Assembly: GCA_000934665.2 (NCBI GenBank)
Contig: JYFJ02001628.1
Location: 1-64,000 of the forward strand
Direction of reading: 5' to 3'
Origin: Catajapyx aquilonaris
Lineage: Eukaryota
DNA length: 64,000 bases
Shown piece after piece: positions 25,822 to 38,025 of this stretch (positions within the stretch are counted from its first letter, which is position 1; each line of letters begins with the position of its first letter). Position numbers and translations under genes: made by a program. The notes below the pieces were generated by a model, which saw only the letters and a program-made list of their open reading frames with translations, did not search any database and was not told where the DNA came from.

Positions 25822-27692
25822 AGTGGATGGAACCTGATTCTACACAAACCCTGGCCGAAAAAAAGACGTTTTCCCCGGAGTGCAATCATCATCGCCGCCG
25901 TCTGAGTGCGCAAACAGCCTACCTCCCCATCCCTCCCCCGCCATCTTATTCCGCAATTCGCCTCTGACCCTCTTCTGTCCAGTCGAGGCCTACTTGTGTC
26001 CCACTTCCACAACAAACCGATACCATTTCCCCTACCCGGCGCCATCCTCCGATAAAACCAAATTGTACAAGAAACTGCGAAAAGAGGCTTTGGGGAATAT
26101 GGGTCCAGACATTGCCGCCATGATGCACCGGAGCGCCTCGTATGGACAGCGTCCTTAACTACTCTCCACATGTCCCTTTATTTAATACCTTCCATAAAAG
26201 CTGGATGTACCAGATGCTTGTGAAACCAACCATTCCGTCCGCTTTAACACTAGATACAAAAGGCAATTCGCGAGGTCTGATTTCATCCTTCCTCCAGTCT
26301 GGAACCATCTTCACGTGGGAACAAATGAGCCTTCCAATTCATTAGTCCTCGTCTTTCTCCCCAAAAAGGGACCTCTCTCTGGAAATCCCATCTGAATCCT
26401 GGGATCTTCCTTTCCCCTTTGAACACCCACCTTCGAAATGATGGCAACCCCCCGACTAAACACAAACCCCTTTCTCAATGGATGCACTTACGGCTTGAAT
26501 CATTCGTCTTGGCTTATCTAGCAAAGACGAGCCAAAATGGATTCTCCCAAATGCTTTTTCTGCTTCTTCCTTATCGCCTTTGCCACTACTAGACCTACAC
26601 TAAATGAGGTCCCATTTCTGAACGACACATTACGCACAAGGGACATATAGCTTTTTAAAAATATGGCTATTACACAAGATGTCCAATATATATTATACTC
26701 ATAGCTGGCACACCCTCCCTGATGACAGCACAAACCCAAGCCAATTCCATAATATGATATGATCTCTTTACACTACCTAAACCTGAGATTCACTCTTATC
26801 CAGAGTCAAAGTCCCATGGTGCAATGACCATGTGTCATCAACCTGAAGAGTACACAGATTGGGTAACAAAGTATGGACGTCATAGGACTCCCTGTTTGTC
26901 TTTCATGTGGGATGGCCCCGTTTCCTGTTGCTCTCCTTGCTTGTTTTTAACCACAGGTGTAAACTTCCTGAATCAATCCTGCGCGGGGCTTGGAAAAGGG
27001 ACTAAAATAAGCTATCCGTTGACTTATTCCTGCTCTTAATCGCAGGGTGATCGTCCCATCCAAGCCTTTTCTTAGACTCACTTGTTTACAAGGATAGTCG
27101 TAAATAGATACACAACGACTCAATTACGCGCTCTCACAGATTTTTCCGTTGCAAGCGTGACCTTTAACAAATAAATATCGCTTTCTTCATTAGGGGTGCA
27201 CTGAAACGATCACACCCGATGCGCTGCTCTACAAAGGGGTGTCAAGAAGTTGCCTGGAACCTATTTTTGTTTTGTTGGTTGTTAATGGAGTGATGATAAT
27301 ATTGGGTTGCTGATACAGCTCATTACCCATATCCAAGTATGAATTGATTGCACATAGTGTAAATAAAATGAAGAAAGATATAAGCCAACTTAGCATAACT
27401 CGTATTTATTCTGCTGAAATTCTCTGCTATGCCCATCTTGGCATTTATTAACTTTGGTGCATCTCTGCTCGTGTTGCAGTCCCGAGAGATGAACACCTGA
27501 GAAAAATATTTGCATAAATGAAGCTATTTAATATTTATATCATTATAACTATTTTAATCGCTACAATAATACATGACATTACCCCTCACAGGGACGTCCA
27601 TCTGATAGCCTATAACTTTACTAGTCATTTAGTCATAAACAAGAAATTAAATAGAATTTGTATCATAAAATAAATTGTTATTGAGAAATATA

Positions 27693-28096
27693 CAGGGTGG
27701 TCCATCTTCAAGTGTCGTTTTATAACGGCTATTTATAGAAGCGCTTTACGTTATCGTAGCAGCCACGTGTAAAATGGCCCACTTCGGCGCCATCGAAAAT
27801 ATTAGCTGCCAATAGCAGCGCACATGTAATGAACCCTGTGCAACCACATGCGTCACCAATGCCAATCTGGTGCCTTGGACGTCACCCATTTCACCCAGGC
27901 GCATCGCAGGTCATGTGTGCACCTCCTTTTTTCCAGGTCAACCCAGCAGCAGGGTTGATTACATGTGTGCTGCTATTGGCAGCTAATATTTTCGATGGCG
28001 CCGAAGTGAGACATTTTACACGTCGCTGCTACGTCATCGCAAAATCACTGCTTTTAATCGCCGTTATAAAACGACACTTGAAGTTGGACCACCCTG
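27693..28096. mobile_element. Tc1/mariner-type MITE with arms of about 145 bp
   Basis: TA|cagggtggtcca.cttcaagtgtcgttttataacggc...gccgttataaaacgacacttgaagttggaccaccctg|TA. Confidence 0.9.
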
Positions 28097-28789
28097 TATA
28101 ATTTCTCAATTATTTATAAATAGCAAACAGTTGTTAAAAATACACAAATTTAAACAATTAACTCTTAACCATTGATTTTAAATGTACCATACACCTACTT
28201 AAAGACAATGTGAAATGACTCTGTACCTCGCACACGTCCAAGCAACAGGGTGTGCCAAAACAAACAACAAACCCAATAAATACGCTCACTTTCTCAATAA
28301 TTTGTGAGCGTCCTACTTAGATCCCTGGCAGGAACAAACCGCCACAATTACGAGAAGCACATCGTCCCTTTACGCTCCAACTGGAAAGAAAAAAAACAAA
28401 AATCTTGCTAAAATTTTATACCCGTTCCAACAAATCACGTCGCGTCATCCCAACCTACTTTTCCTTCGAGGCCAATAGTCTGGCCTCAATATTATACTAC
28501 CGCAAGCCCTTAACGTTAGGTCACCATCCGAATACTCCAAAGCCAGCGCGGTGAAACGAACATTCCCAATGACTTATGGACTATAAAAATTTAAATCAAG
28601 TTTCATTCCGTACCCATAATTTCCCAATGGCTCGATGGGTCTGTGCGAGTGGACTGACTTGTCGGAAGAATTTTATATTCCTGGAGTCCATTCCACTGGG
28701 GGGCCCTGACATGGCCAAAGTTCAGGCACTCCTGATAAGTCAGTCATGGATGAGAATTCGAATGAGATGTGGATTTATTCGGAGGCCTG

Positions 28790-31700
28790 GAGTGTGTTTT
28801 ATACCCGTTTTGGTACCCTCGTTGCTCCAATAATAGGTACAAAACTGGTAGAAACGCTGATATCTTCTGACCACTCCACAGTTACATTTCTGCTCATACT
28901 TGATGCCACGGATCCATCAGGCAGCTTAGAGGTCCTCTCTTGCGTAAATGGCCCGGACCATCAAAAAACTGTTCCTATTCCTTTGATGCTTTTCCACACG
29001 TCTCCTTTGAAGACTCTCAGCGCTTGAGCACTTGCAATGACCCCAGTCATCAATAGCCCCAACCTGTGTCGTGCAGATCCAAAATTCATTTGTCAGAGTG
29101 CTCTTCTCTAGAAGTTGGGTGCAGCAGAAGTAGGTCTAGAAACTAGTTCGTGGGTCATGCTGCTGGTGCTGTGCCAACCAACATCTATCACCGACTATTG
29201 CCATCATCACTTGGATAGACAGATGAGAGACCCACTTAGCAGCAAGAGGGACTATTCAACAATAACACAGCCCACTTATTCTCTCTCCAGATTGAATGAG
29301 GGCTCCCAATCAACTGGGTGTAATTCAATGCCCAGCTTATTACCCACGCGCACGCGATTGCATTGATTTGGTATGTCATCTCGAAACTCATTCGGTCTGG
29401 TGACATATGGACCGTGCCATTGCGTTGTTGAACTTCGAATGTGTCCTGGGCTGGGGATGAGCAAAGGGTTGAAAGACCAGGAATTATTGGGTTTGACATA
29501 ATGGAGGGAGGAACATGCACAGTGTTAGCGTACCAGCAGTGGTGGTTACAATGCCTGTTACACTGTAAAAGTATGACTCTTCCAATATTCATTGTTGCCA
29601 TCACACGTAGCTCCCTATTTCAGTTGTGGTGAAGCAGGTGACGCAAGTTAACTCTTCTAATTACTGTGTGTGACACAGTTCAATGCAATAAATATTGATC
29701 CACCATCAAACGCGTGCAGAATAATTAGCATTGACCTTGTGCCCAGTCTATTGTGCCATTTTAGGACTTTAAAAATCCCTGGATATTACAAGAACAAAAT
29801 GTTGCTGAACTTGACACTCTCTGCCTAAGGACAATAGTCAAATTACCGCATATTATAATTAACCCTGAGCTTGAGCTAATGCATGAGTTGCGCATAATTT
29901 TGATAACAAAGGCATCTAACTGTATGCAAATAAAACAGGGCTTCCATCAGAGAGTGACAGGTAATAAAAGATGTCAAACCCAGTCTGGTGCCATGTAACC
30001 TTCACGCCAATGCTGCAGAGATTTCATTATTGTAAAGAGCTGAATGCAGCAACTAACAAGACCTTCAAAGCACAATGGTGCCATGCATCACGCTGTCATC
30101 TCTGCAGCAGAATAATTAATTAACCAGGCTAATCATATATGTCAATCTAAATGCCTTAGTATTTGGCACAGTATTCGACTATGCATGTCACCATGCATGG
30201 GCTATGAATATAAATTGCAACCTTAGTTTCTTTGAGAGATAGCTTAATTGTGAAATTAACTAATATAGGATAAGGTGACCTGATGGAGTATAATTCAAAA
30301 ATTACACATACACAGGGAATGCAATGTCAGAAACATGTCCTGCTTCATTGCACTTAGATGGGGAAGCCCATATTTCTTCATGGCCTACATTTCATGCTGC
30401 CCTCTTTTTTCAACTTTTTTGATGGGATATCCAAAACTTATGGAGTTCAGTACATCTGTATGAACTGGGTCTTGTGCCCCCAATGCAACACCACACTTTA
30501 TGGGGCAGATTAAAACTTGAGACAAGGGCAGCTTTATGTCAGGCTTTAACCCGCATTTTTTGTGCAATGCATCACAGGGGGTATGAAATAAAGGTCACAG
30601 TACAATGTAATTGGGATGAAAGACAGCCAGTCCCATTGTCATAACTTCTCCCTACTCTTCTGCACCAATAAAAATGAAAGACTGTATGGATATGGTTCAG
30701 CAAACTTGCATTGTCTTTAACACAGAGTACAATAATTTTACCTGTGAAATTATCCTATGGACCACACAACAATATTATTTCACCTGGTTTTAACTATGAT
30801 TCAGGATAATACCTGGCACAGGTGTCGCCAGTTAATCGGAAAATGGTTCTAGATACTCTAAAATGAGCTGTTCAGAGGCTGTTAATGAACTTACTGTACA
30901 TACTGTACGATGCTTTAAATGTGGCTTCATAAAAATAACGAAAATAACGAAATAACGATTTTTAGTTTGCCTTCTAGAAGAATTCTATTATATTTCTTTG
31001 TCTGCGAGAAATGTCGACATTTTTTCGGACATTCATTCTTAATTCTATTTTTTTTGGTGATGCATGGGTAATAATCTGCAGCATGGATAAACCACAACAC
31101 GGATAAGAATCAGATGTACAATGTATATCTGTAACTCGAAAGTGTACACAATGAACTATTGCATCTACAATATATAGTACAATCAACCAGAAATCAAAGA
31201 ATTGATTTATGGTTATGCTGCCTACTTCAAAAGACCATACACAAAGCTGAGAGTTGATCAGTTATTAGTGTCGCTCCCAATAATGACATGTCCTCATGCA
31301 ATTATGAGTACTACTGTATATAGTTTTTGACACATACTGGATATGACTGGTTTTTGCGGGTTTTTGAATGAAAACCTGAAGTTATATGTCAGCCAATACT
31401 GACACCATCACAACCTGCCAAGGTCCTTCTATTTTCCCCGTATGACTCTCCCAGAATCATGCAACATCCGCTGCTGTCACAACAGATAAGTCCATCGGAA
31501 TGAAACGGAATCGATATTTATTCTTCCTCCCTGTACACAGTCCTGAACAAGACTGTCCAAACCCAAAATCCCTCCCCATCAGTTCCCCTCGACTCCTGAC
31601 CTATTGACACAGGCTCCTCGATCCATTCGAAAGGCCTCGAGGGGCCAGCCCTCGTCAAGTGTCGCGAGAGGCGCCAGCTGTCACTCACCCTTCCCTGTTT

Positions 31701-31875
31701 CCGTTATCATTATCATCTCACTCACCGCCACCTTGATCCTCTTGTTGGTGGACATCCTCCGGTGGAACTTCCTGGCCGGCTCAGGGTCCACCTCGCTGTC
31801 GCTGGACTCCTCCATGGCCAGGTCCAACTCCGATGTTTCCCCGCCGACACTTTTCTCGCTCGCAAATGACGCCAT
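28790..31875 (-). mobile_element. Probable heavily decayed non-LTR retrotransposon (ORF1-like and AP-endonuclease-like remnants)
   Basis: Minus-strand fragments broken by stops and frameshifts, in LINE order: acidic/basic N-terminus, RFIPMDLS, QVFIQKP..SHIQY, then VILLQCNR, IIPG and LSCL..VASSMSRNVTVEWSEDISVSTSFVPII. Resemblance by eye only; no RT motifs seen. Confidence 0.35.
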
Positions 31876-32263
31876 CTTTCCTACCTCGATCAGTCCACAG
31901 GGTGGCCAGGCGCACTGGTCTACACCAAGAATCACGCTTACTGCTGAACAGCCACAGAGTTTAAACAGTACGTACATTTAATCATAATTATTCTTCTAGG
32001 ACACATTATTAGCACGTTTTATTACTGTACACATGTACGTATTGAGTATGATGAGTAATTAAACGAGTATGTGGCACTTTTCTGGCGGTTTTAAATATAA
32101 GCGGTGCGTTTCACTAGCTAGTGTTTCATGCATCTGGCAACCTGACGACAGCTGATTACACATGGTTGGAAATATGAATGTTCACATTTCGCATGCTTGT
32201 TTCCAATGCTTTGTTTGGGGCTTGGTGCGTGCTTGAATAAGATGTGGGATTGACCTGCGTGAC

Positions 32264-32667
32264 ATGACCAGCACAGAGGCGATGGAGGGCCAAGAAAATG
32301 GGCAGGCAGATGAGGCTTCACCCAGGTCGGAGGGCATGGTCAACGGGAGCGGAAAGGTCAATGGGGATGACAACAATGGGAGCGGTAAGGTGAATGGGGA
32401 TGACAACAATGGGAGCGGTAAGGTGAATGTTGATGAAGACGGCATGGAGCGCATGGAGGTAACACAGGAGAGTGAAGAAGCAACGAGCCAGTCGGTTTGT
32501 GTGACTGGAACTACCAGTGGGGGTACCACCACCACCACGACTGATGAGTCAACGGGGTCTGGGGGGTACGTGTATGACTTCACGCTGCCTTTGCCCCTGG
32601 TCACAAAATGCTGTCGGGAGTTTAGCCATAAGCGCAACAACAACAATTTTCTCAAAGGATGCAAGTG
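32264..32667 (+). CDS. WRAP53: WRAP53/TCAB1 exon 1 (acidic low-complexity N-terminus, ends NFLKGCK(W))
   Basis: ATG at 32264 (a later in-frame ATG is possible); donor TG|gtaagg, phase 2. Confidence 0.88.
32345..32440 (+). repeat. 33-nt coding tandem repeat (about 3 x GSGKVNGDDNN) in the WRAP53 N-terminus
   Basis: gggagcggwaaggtsaatggggatgacaacaat repeated. Confidence 0.85.
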
Positions 32668-32726
32668 GTAAGGGTACATCAACTTAGTAATGGCTACAAT
32701 GATAATAACATTACTCCAATTCACAG

Positions 32727-33029
32727 GGCACCAGACGGTACTTGCATCATGACCAACAGCGACGACAATGCCATACGGCTTTTTAACCTTCCTGCAGAGA
32801 TGTATGGGGCTAGCCAATCTTCTGTTGCGGAACAGATGCCTCTCAAGGATTTTTCGTCGGTGTTGCGGATACAGGAGGGAGGCCCTGTGTATGACTTCTG
32901 CTGGTACCCGCACATGTCTTCCATGAATCCAGAAACATGCTGTCTCGCCTCGGTGTCCAAGGACAGTCCTATTCACCTGTGGGATGCTTTTGATGGACAG
33001 TTACGTTGCTCGTTTATGCCTATCAACAA
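32727..33029 (+). CDS. WRAP53: WRAP53/TCAB1 exon 2
   Basis: cacag| acceptor after a 59-nt intron; (W)APDGTCIMTNSDDN...CSFMPIN; donor AA|gttagt. Confidence 0.93.
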
Positions 33030-33505
33030 GTTAGTATGTTTTAATTGCGCTCCTAGCTCTCACATTGCTTCCTGCAATTTGGGTATGAAATATGTAATTA
33101 TGGCTGTGCATATGAACATTTATTAGGAGAAAGGAAGCTAAATGTGCTCAAAGATATAAAATATCCTGTGTGACTGTCTCTCTTGGAATATGTGAAAACT
33201 TACACAGCATCAATCTACTGGAGATCTCTGTTTTGATATAAGGTCAAATAATATGATGTGGAAAGTGTATATTTTAATTATAATTATAATTATTAAACAA
33301 AAGTAATAAAAGAATTACATGAAATTTCATCATGATCCTGCTGTAGAAAACCTTTCCTATTGTAAGGACCATTTTGTGTTTGGTTATTCAGTTGTGAAGG
33401 TATACGAAATGAAAATTATGGGTCTTATCCAAATATACAATCAGGATTTAAATTAATGCTTTTATGACTTGGGGCGTGAATTAATGATAATTTGTGCCAT
33501 TTCAG

Positions 33506-33642
33506 TGTGGATGAAATCGTCCATGCACATAGTGTGGCATTTAACCTGACTGGAGAAAAGTTGCTTGCTGGATTCAACAACTGTATCCGCATATTTGATG
33601 TGGCTGTTCCAGGAAGAAAGTGCAGTATTTTCAACACATATG
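33506..33642 (+). CDS. WRAP53: WRAP53/TCAB1 exon 3 (not in the ORF track)
   Basis: tttcag| acceptor; (N)VDEIVHAHSVAFNLTGEKLLAGFNNCIRIFDVAVPGRKCSIFNTY; ends at non-canonical donor G|gcaagt. Confidence 0.9.
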
Positions 33643-33705
33643 GCAAGTAACGAGTAATAACCATTAGGATCAATCGCAATGAACATGTCTCTTGTATGTC
33701 ATCAG

Positions 33706-34183
33706 CTCGTGACTCAGATCTGAAGCGGCAACCTGGTCTGATTTCATGCATGGCGCCCCATCCTGTACTGCAAAACACTTTTGCAGCTGGAAGTTACCTC
33801 CGCACTGTTGGGCTGTACAGCATGGATAGTGACCGCCTTCTTTGCCTTCTGGAAGGTCAAATTGGTGGAGTGACCCACCTGCAGTTTTCACCGGATGGAA
33901 CCCGCCTCTACGCTGGGGGTCGTCTCGACCCTGAGATACTTTGCTGGGACATCCGTAACATTGGTACTGTCCTCTTCACACTGAGGAGATGTGTTACTAC
34001 TCACCAGAGAATATACTTTGATAACAGTGTGGATGGGAAGTATCTTGTGTCTGGTAACAGCGACAATTACATAAGTGTGTGGGATGTGTCCAAAGCGCCT
34101 CAGGAGTCACAGGAGAGTGCTGAACCCACCATTGAGCACCTGAGGAGGATTCTAGTGCATGATGACTGTGTCAATGGTGTCAG
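33706..34183 (+). CDS. WRAP53: WRAP53/TCAB1 exon 4
   Basis: catcag| acceptor, phase 1; QPGLISCMA...HDDCVNGV; donor AG|gtgagt. Confidence 0.92.
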
Positions 34184-34243
34184 GTGAGTTTTAAATGGTG
34201 AATTGAACTTCATCAGTTTCAATTTTCATTGTTTTTCATTTAG

Positions 34244-34433
34244 TGTTCACCGACATCTGCCTATCGTGGCCACCACTTCAGGACAGAGGCACTTCCCAGA
34301 GCCCAATTCTGATGAGGGCTCAGGGTCTGACTCAGATTCCCTCTTAAACTGGGATGGATTTTATGCTGACAACAGCTTGAAGATTTGGTGGGCAGGAGGA
34401 AATGGTCGAAAAGAAATGTCTCCTGATGTTTGA
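34244..34433 (+). CDS. WRAP53: WRAP53/TCAB1 exon 5 (terminal)
   Basis: catttag| acceptor; (S)VHRHLPIVATTSGQRHFPEP...DNSLKIWW...DV*. Confidence 0.92.
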
Positions 34434-35885
34434 CTGAGTTTAAATAAAATCAAGCTACCTGTCTGACACTGGTTTAAAACTCTCTCTTTATCACTTGTGT
34501 CATGGGCAAGGCCAATGAGGAGAATGGAGGTGATTGTGGTCTTTAGGTAAGCATATGGATCTTGGAATCCTGTCGCTGGATTCACGTGTGATTAAGATGC
34601 CGCTGGCAGAGTTCTGGTGTAAGCCAGATTTGGTAGTATTTTTTAGAGTTATCACAGATTCTTCTCTACCATTGTAAACAAAGACAGATGACTCACCTAT
34701 ATTTGCCTAGAAAATATACCAGTTGGATATATTGCACTCCTGAAGAGTTATGGCCTGATCCAAAATAATGCTGCCTAGTGGATCCCAATGACATAAACCA
34801 TCATGGCAGGTCTCTGTAACAGGGATAGTCAACGATGGGGAAACATACACTATTATTAATTTACAGGTTTTGCAAGTGCAGTACCTGACATTCAATTACT
34901 TGTCAATATTTTGTTAGCAATAAGTCCCTTCAAGGCAGGAGCATATGCACTAGTGTTATGCATGGGTTCATTCCCCCTGTTGACGAGAGCCACAGGCAAA
35001 GCAGCCGCTATGCAAAAGGTAAGCAAAACAATATAATTTGTAAACGTAGCGATACCTTGATCCTTTTTAACCTGCAGGGCACTGTACATACAGTAGTTTT
35101 CCTGAGTTTATGTTGATGAAAGCAGTTCAGGTACTGCACATGTCCATAATTTATGTTTTGTATAAGTAGTTGACCAGACCAAGGCTGCAAGCAATAAAGA
35201 ATATTATGAGCGAACATATGCATTTGAAAGTTTCATTAACAAATTGCGAGCATAATACTGTACAGATTCATAGAAAATGAGGTTGGATGCTACTTGTCTG
35301 ACCGAGGGCAATGAACACTCCTTTTCAACCAGACATTTTATGCCAAGTTTTTATACACTAAAATGCATGTAATGTTCCATCACTTCTTGATACGGTTGCA
35401 CCACTGGATATCGTTATTGTTTCCCTCTGTGTGGCAATGGTGCTCTGGTCCTTCACAAAATGAGGTAAAAGAGAATAGCTAAATATCCGGTTTCCCATCA
35501 TTCCAGAGAGCACATAACTTGCGGGGTGGGCTTCTTCCTCCGGATCAATATTATTCCGAAACTAGCCCCATCGCAGTCCGAAGATCGGAGAAAGTGGGGG
35601 GAATGATAAATACCACTCAGGCTCCAAAGAAATCCAGGCACCACTATTTGCACTTCTGGCTGGGGCACATGTACTGTACACCACCTACAGCAATGTGGAG
35701 CTGATTTCCAGGAGCTGTGTACTGTTACGCCCGCATTACGAAGAGGGTAACGAACTCAAGTTTTCTCATCCTGGTTTGTATGCAACCGCATCCTTGTACA
35801 ATGGGGTAGAGTATACCCTGCAGGCGCAATATGCCTGGAGCAGTACTTGGTACAGTTCAGTACACAATTGGTACAGTATTATTCG

Positions 35886-36110
35886 TTAATCAATTAATGT
35901 ACCGATTCCGGAGGTGGTATTTTGGGATCAACAATTACCGACTACAGTACTGACTTGTAGACAGCACATCGCATCGGTCAGGTGTACTGGCTTGAAAATG
36001 GTACATCACGATGACGTCAAATACCGTCTACAAGTCAGTACTCATAGACGGTACTTGATTTACAGTGTACCTCCGATGATGCGGTGTTTGGTACTAGTTA
36101 ATTAAATTAA
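35886..36110. repeat. Degenerate inverted repeat (old MITE) between WRAP53 and neuroligin A
   Basis: agtactgacttgtagac / gtctacaagtcagtact, plus outer cggaggt / acctccg and attaa ends. Confidence 0.55.
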
Positions 36111-36947
36111 TGGGAGCTTCGTCCGATTGCTATTTTCGTTCACTACGTGCTCGTATGGCCAGGAAATGAATGAACAATATTACATAATTGGACGGGGCAT
36201 GTGCGTGCGTGATATGTAGCGTGATAGGCATTCTAGGGTGTCAATTAATGCGGGTTGATTGTGTGATTAGCCATGACCCCACTTGTAATGAAGCTGTACT
36301 CGCAAAGGGACGGTGTCTCTCTTGACGTGGTGGTGGGGGTTTTCGTTTATCCCGTGACTCCAAGAGCTATGCTGGCGGTCGTCTACTGCCAATGCCACCC
36401 AAGTCAGACATGTCTTTGGGGGTAGGACTCCGACCTCATTGTTACTAGGAGGCGAGATGCAATATCCCCGCATATCTTGCTGCAAACTTCTAATCGAAAC
36501 GCTCCAGTGCACAAGTCTAGAAGCGGGAGATTCGAACACCCGGATAAGAAAGGTAAGTCAGCAGCAGGCGTCTTTCGTCACCCACCCACCCACCCGCTCA
36601 ATCTTCCCCGAAACTGTTAATGGGAAAATGCTTCTGAAGACAGTGTGAGAGATAGCGTATACAATCGTAGACTATATTTGGTGGGTGGGTTGGAAAGTGG
36701 GGGTGGGTGTAGGTGGGGTTTGGACGCATGCGTATTGTGGGTGGTGTCTGGAGCGCCGGGGACGTCGGCAGTCGCCGTCGGGCGTGTAGAAGTGGAGGAC
36801 ACGCGGTGGGTGGTGGATCAGGGGCGTAGCCAGTTTGGGGGATGAGGGCAGCGATCGGGAGCGGCCGGACCGCAGCCGGCCGCAGTCGCTGCGTCGCTAG
36901 TATCCGGATCGACCTGGCTTGACCTGGTCGGAGGAGATGAGCCGCGG

Positions 36948-37455
36948 ATGCGGTGTCTGCGGGTGCGGCTGCGGGTGCTGTGTGGTGCCGGAAAGTGCGG
37001 TAGTGCAGCAGCATCATCATCAAGGGGAGGCGCCGCGCTGGCTCCTCCGACGCTGAGCCTCTTGGTGCTGGCGGTGCTGACCGGGTGGGCCACCGGGATT
37101 GGGGTGCCCTCCAGAGTAGTGCAGACCAAGTATGGGAAGCTGCAAGGACGAGTTTTGGCCCCGGAAGGCCGGCACCTCCGGCCCCTCGAGGCCTTCTTGG
37201 GCGTTCCGTACGCGTCGCCGCCCAGCCGAACGGGCAGGTTCGCCCCTACCCGTGCCCCTCCTCCATGGGACGGGGTCAAGCCGGCTGACCAACTGGGGCC
37301 AGTCTGCCCCCAAAGACTGCCCGACCTCCGCAACGAGACGGATGTGCTGCTCCGGATGCCCCGGGGCCGCCTCGAGGCCCTCAGAAGACTCATGCCGCTG
37401 CTGGCCAACCAGAGCGAGGACTGTCTCTACCTCAACGTCTACGCGCCGGCACAAG
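36948..37455 (+). CDS. Nlg: Neuroligin A coding exon 1 (signal sequence and start of esterase-like domain)
   Basis: SRVVQTKYGKLQG...EAFLGVPYASPP...EDCLYLNVYAPAQ; donor CAAG|gtacgt, phase 1. Confidence 0.93.
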
Positions 37456-38025
37456 GTACGTGACCCGACGTGACCCTTGACCTGGGTCTAGTTGGGTGGG
37501 AGGTAGCTGGGGGGCAAAGATTATGTGGAAAATGCGGCAACACTGCCTGGACCACACCCCCCACAAAACTCCCCCCCCCTCTCCCCTCCACCCCCCTGGC
37601 CCGGGGAGGCGGGCGCTCGTATTGATTCAGCAAGGGGGGAGGAGGGATGGGGAGGTTTGGGGAGTCGGGGAGGGGGGAGGCGGATGCAACGAGCCCAATG
37701 AGAGAGATTCACAATCCGGAGCTAAGAATCCGGGCGATTCCTACAAGAGCTGCTCACAATGGAACCAATTACGTTCCAGGAGATAATGACACTTGTTGGC
37801 CATCCCCGGACCGCATCCTAATTAGCCCCGCTGCCCACCATATCTCTCCTTCCTCCTTGCAAAACCTCCCTTAACGACATTTGGCAACCCTTATCTCGGA
37901 ATTCTATGGAGGCTGGAAAAGCCTTTAGTCAATAGCTAAAATAACTATTCAAAGATATGTGCGCTAAGCCAGCATCTTAGGGTCTCACGCACTGTGCGAA
38001 GGCAGCAGCTTCAATAGGGCCAGCG

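Larger units (their letters stand above)
32264..34433 (+). other. WRAP53: WRAP53/TCAB1/WDR79 gene (telomerase Cajal body protein 1, WD40). CDS join(32264..32667,32727..33029,33506..33642,33706..34183,34244..34433) = 1512 nt, 503 aa
   Basis: Joined translation has TCAB1 motifs NFLKGCKWAPDGTCI, EGGPVYDFCWYP, PIHLWDAFDGQLRCSF, GGVTHLQFSPDG, ILCWDIR, TTHQRIYFD, DCVNGVSVH..LPIVATTSGQRHF and NSLKIWW. Splice phases are consistent. AATAAA at 34443-34448. Confidence 0.95.

Noticed and set aside
25827..25967. Plus-strand small ORF with PPPPSY (MEPDSTQ...SAIRL*)
   Set aside because: Short, C-rich and antisense to the probable 5' UTR of the minus-strand exon; no independent support.
28600..31875. p53-family gene antisense to WRAP53, as in mammals
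   Set aside because: Only short look-alikes (AMEESSDS, LPLSQ) in unlinked frames; no FxxLW, RCPxH, FMCxxSC or CPGRDR motifs found.
32182..32976. 264-aa minus-strand ORF and other long ORFs overlapping the WRAP53 and neuroligin exons (e.g. 36818-37408, 44932-45408, 56643-57284, 56858-57649)
   Set aside because: Shadow ORFs of GC-rich or repetitive coding sequence with no recognisable domains.
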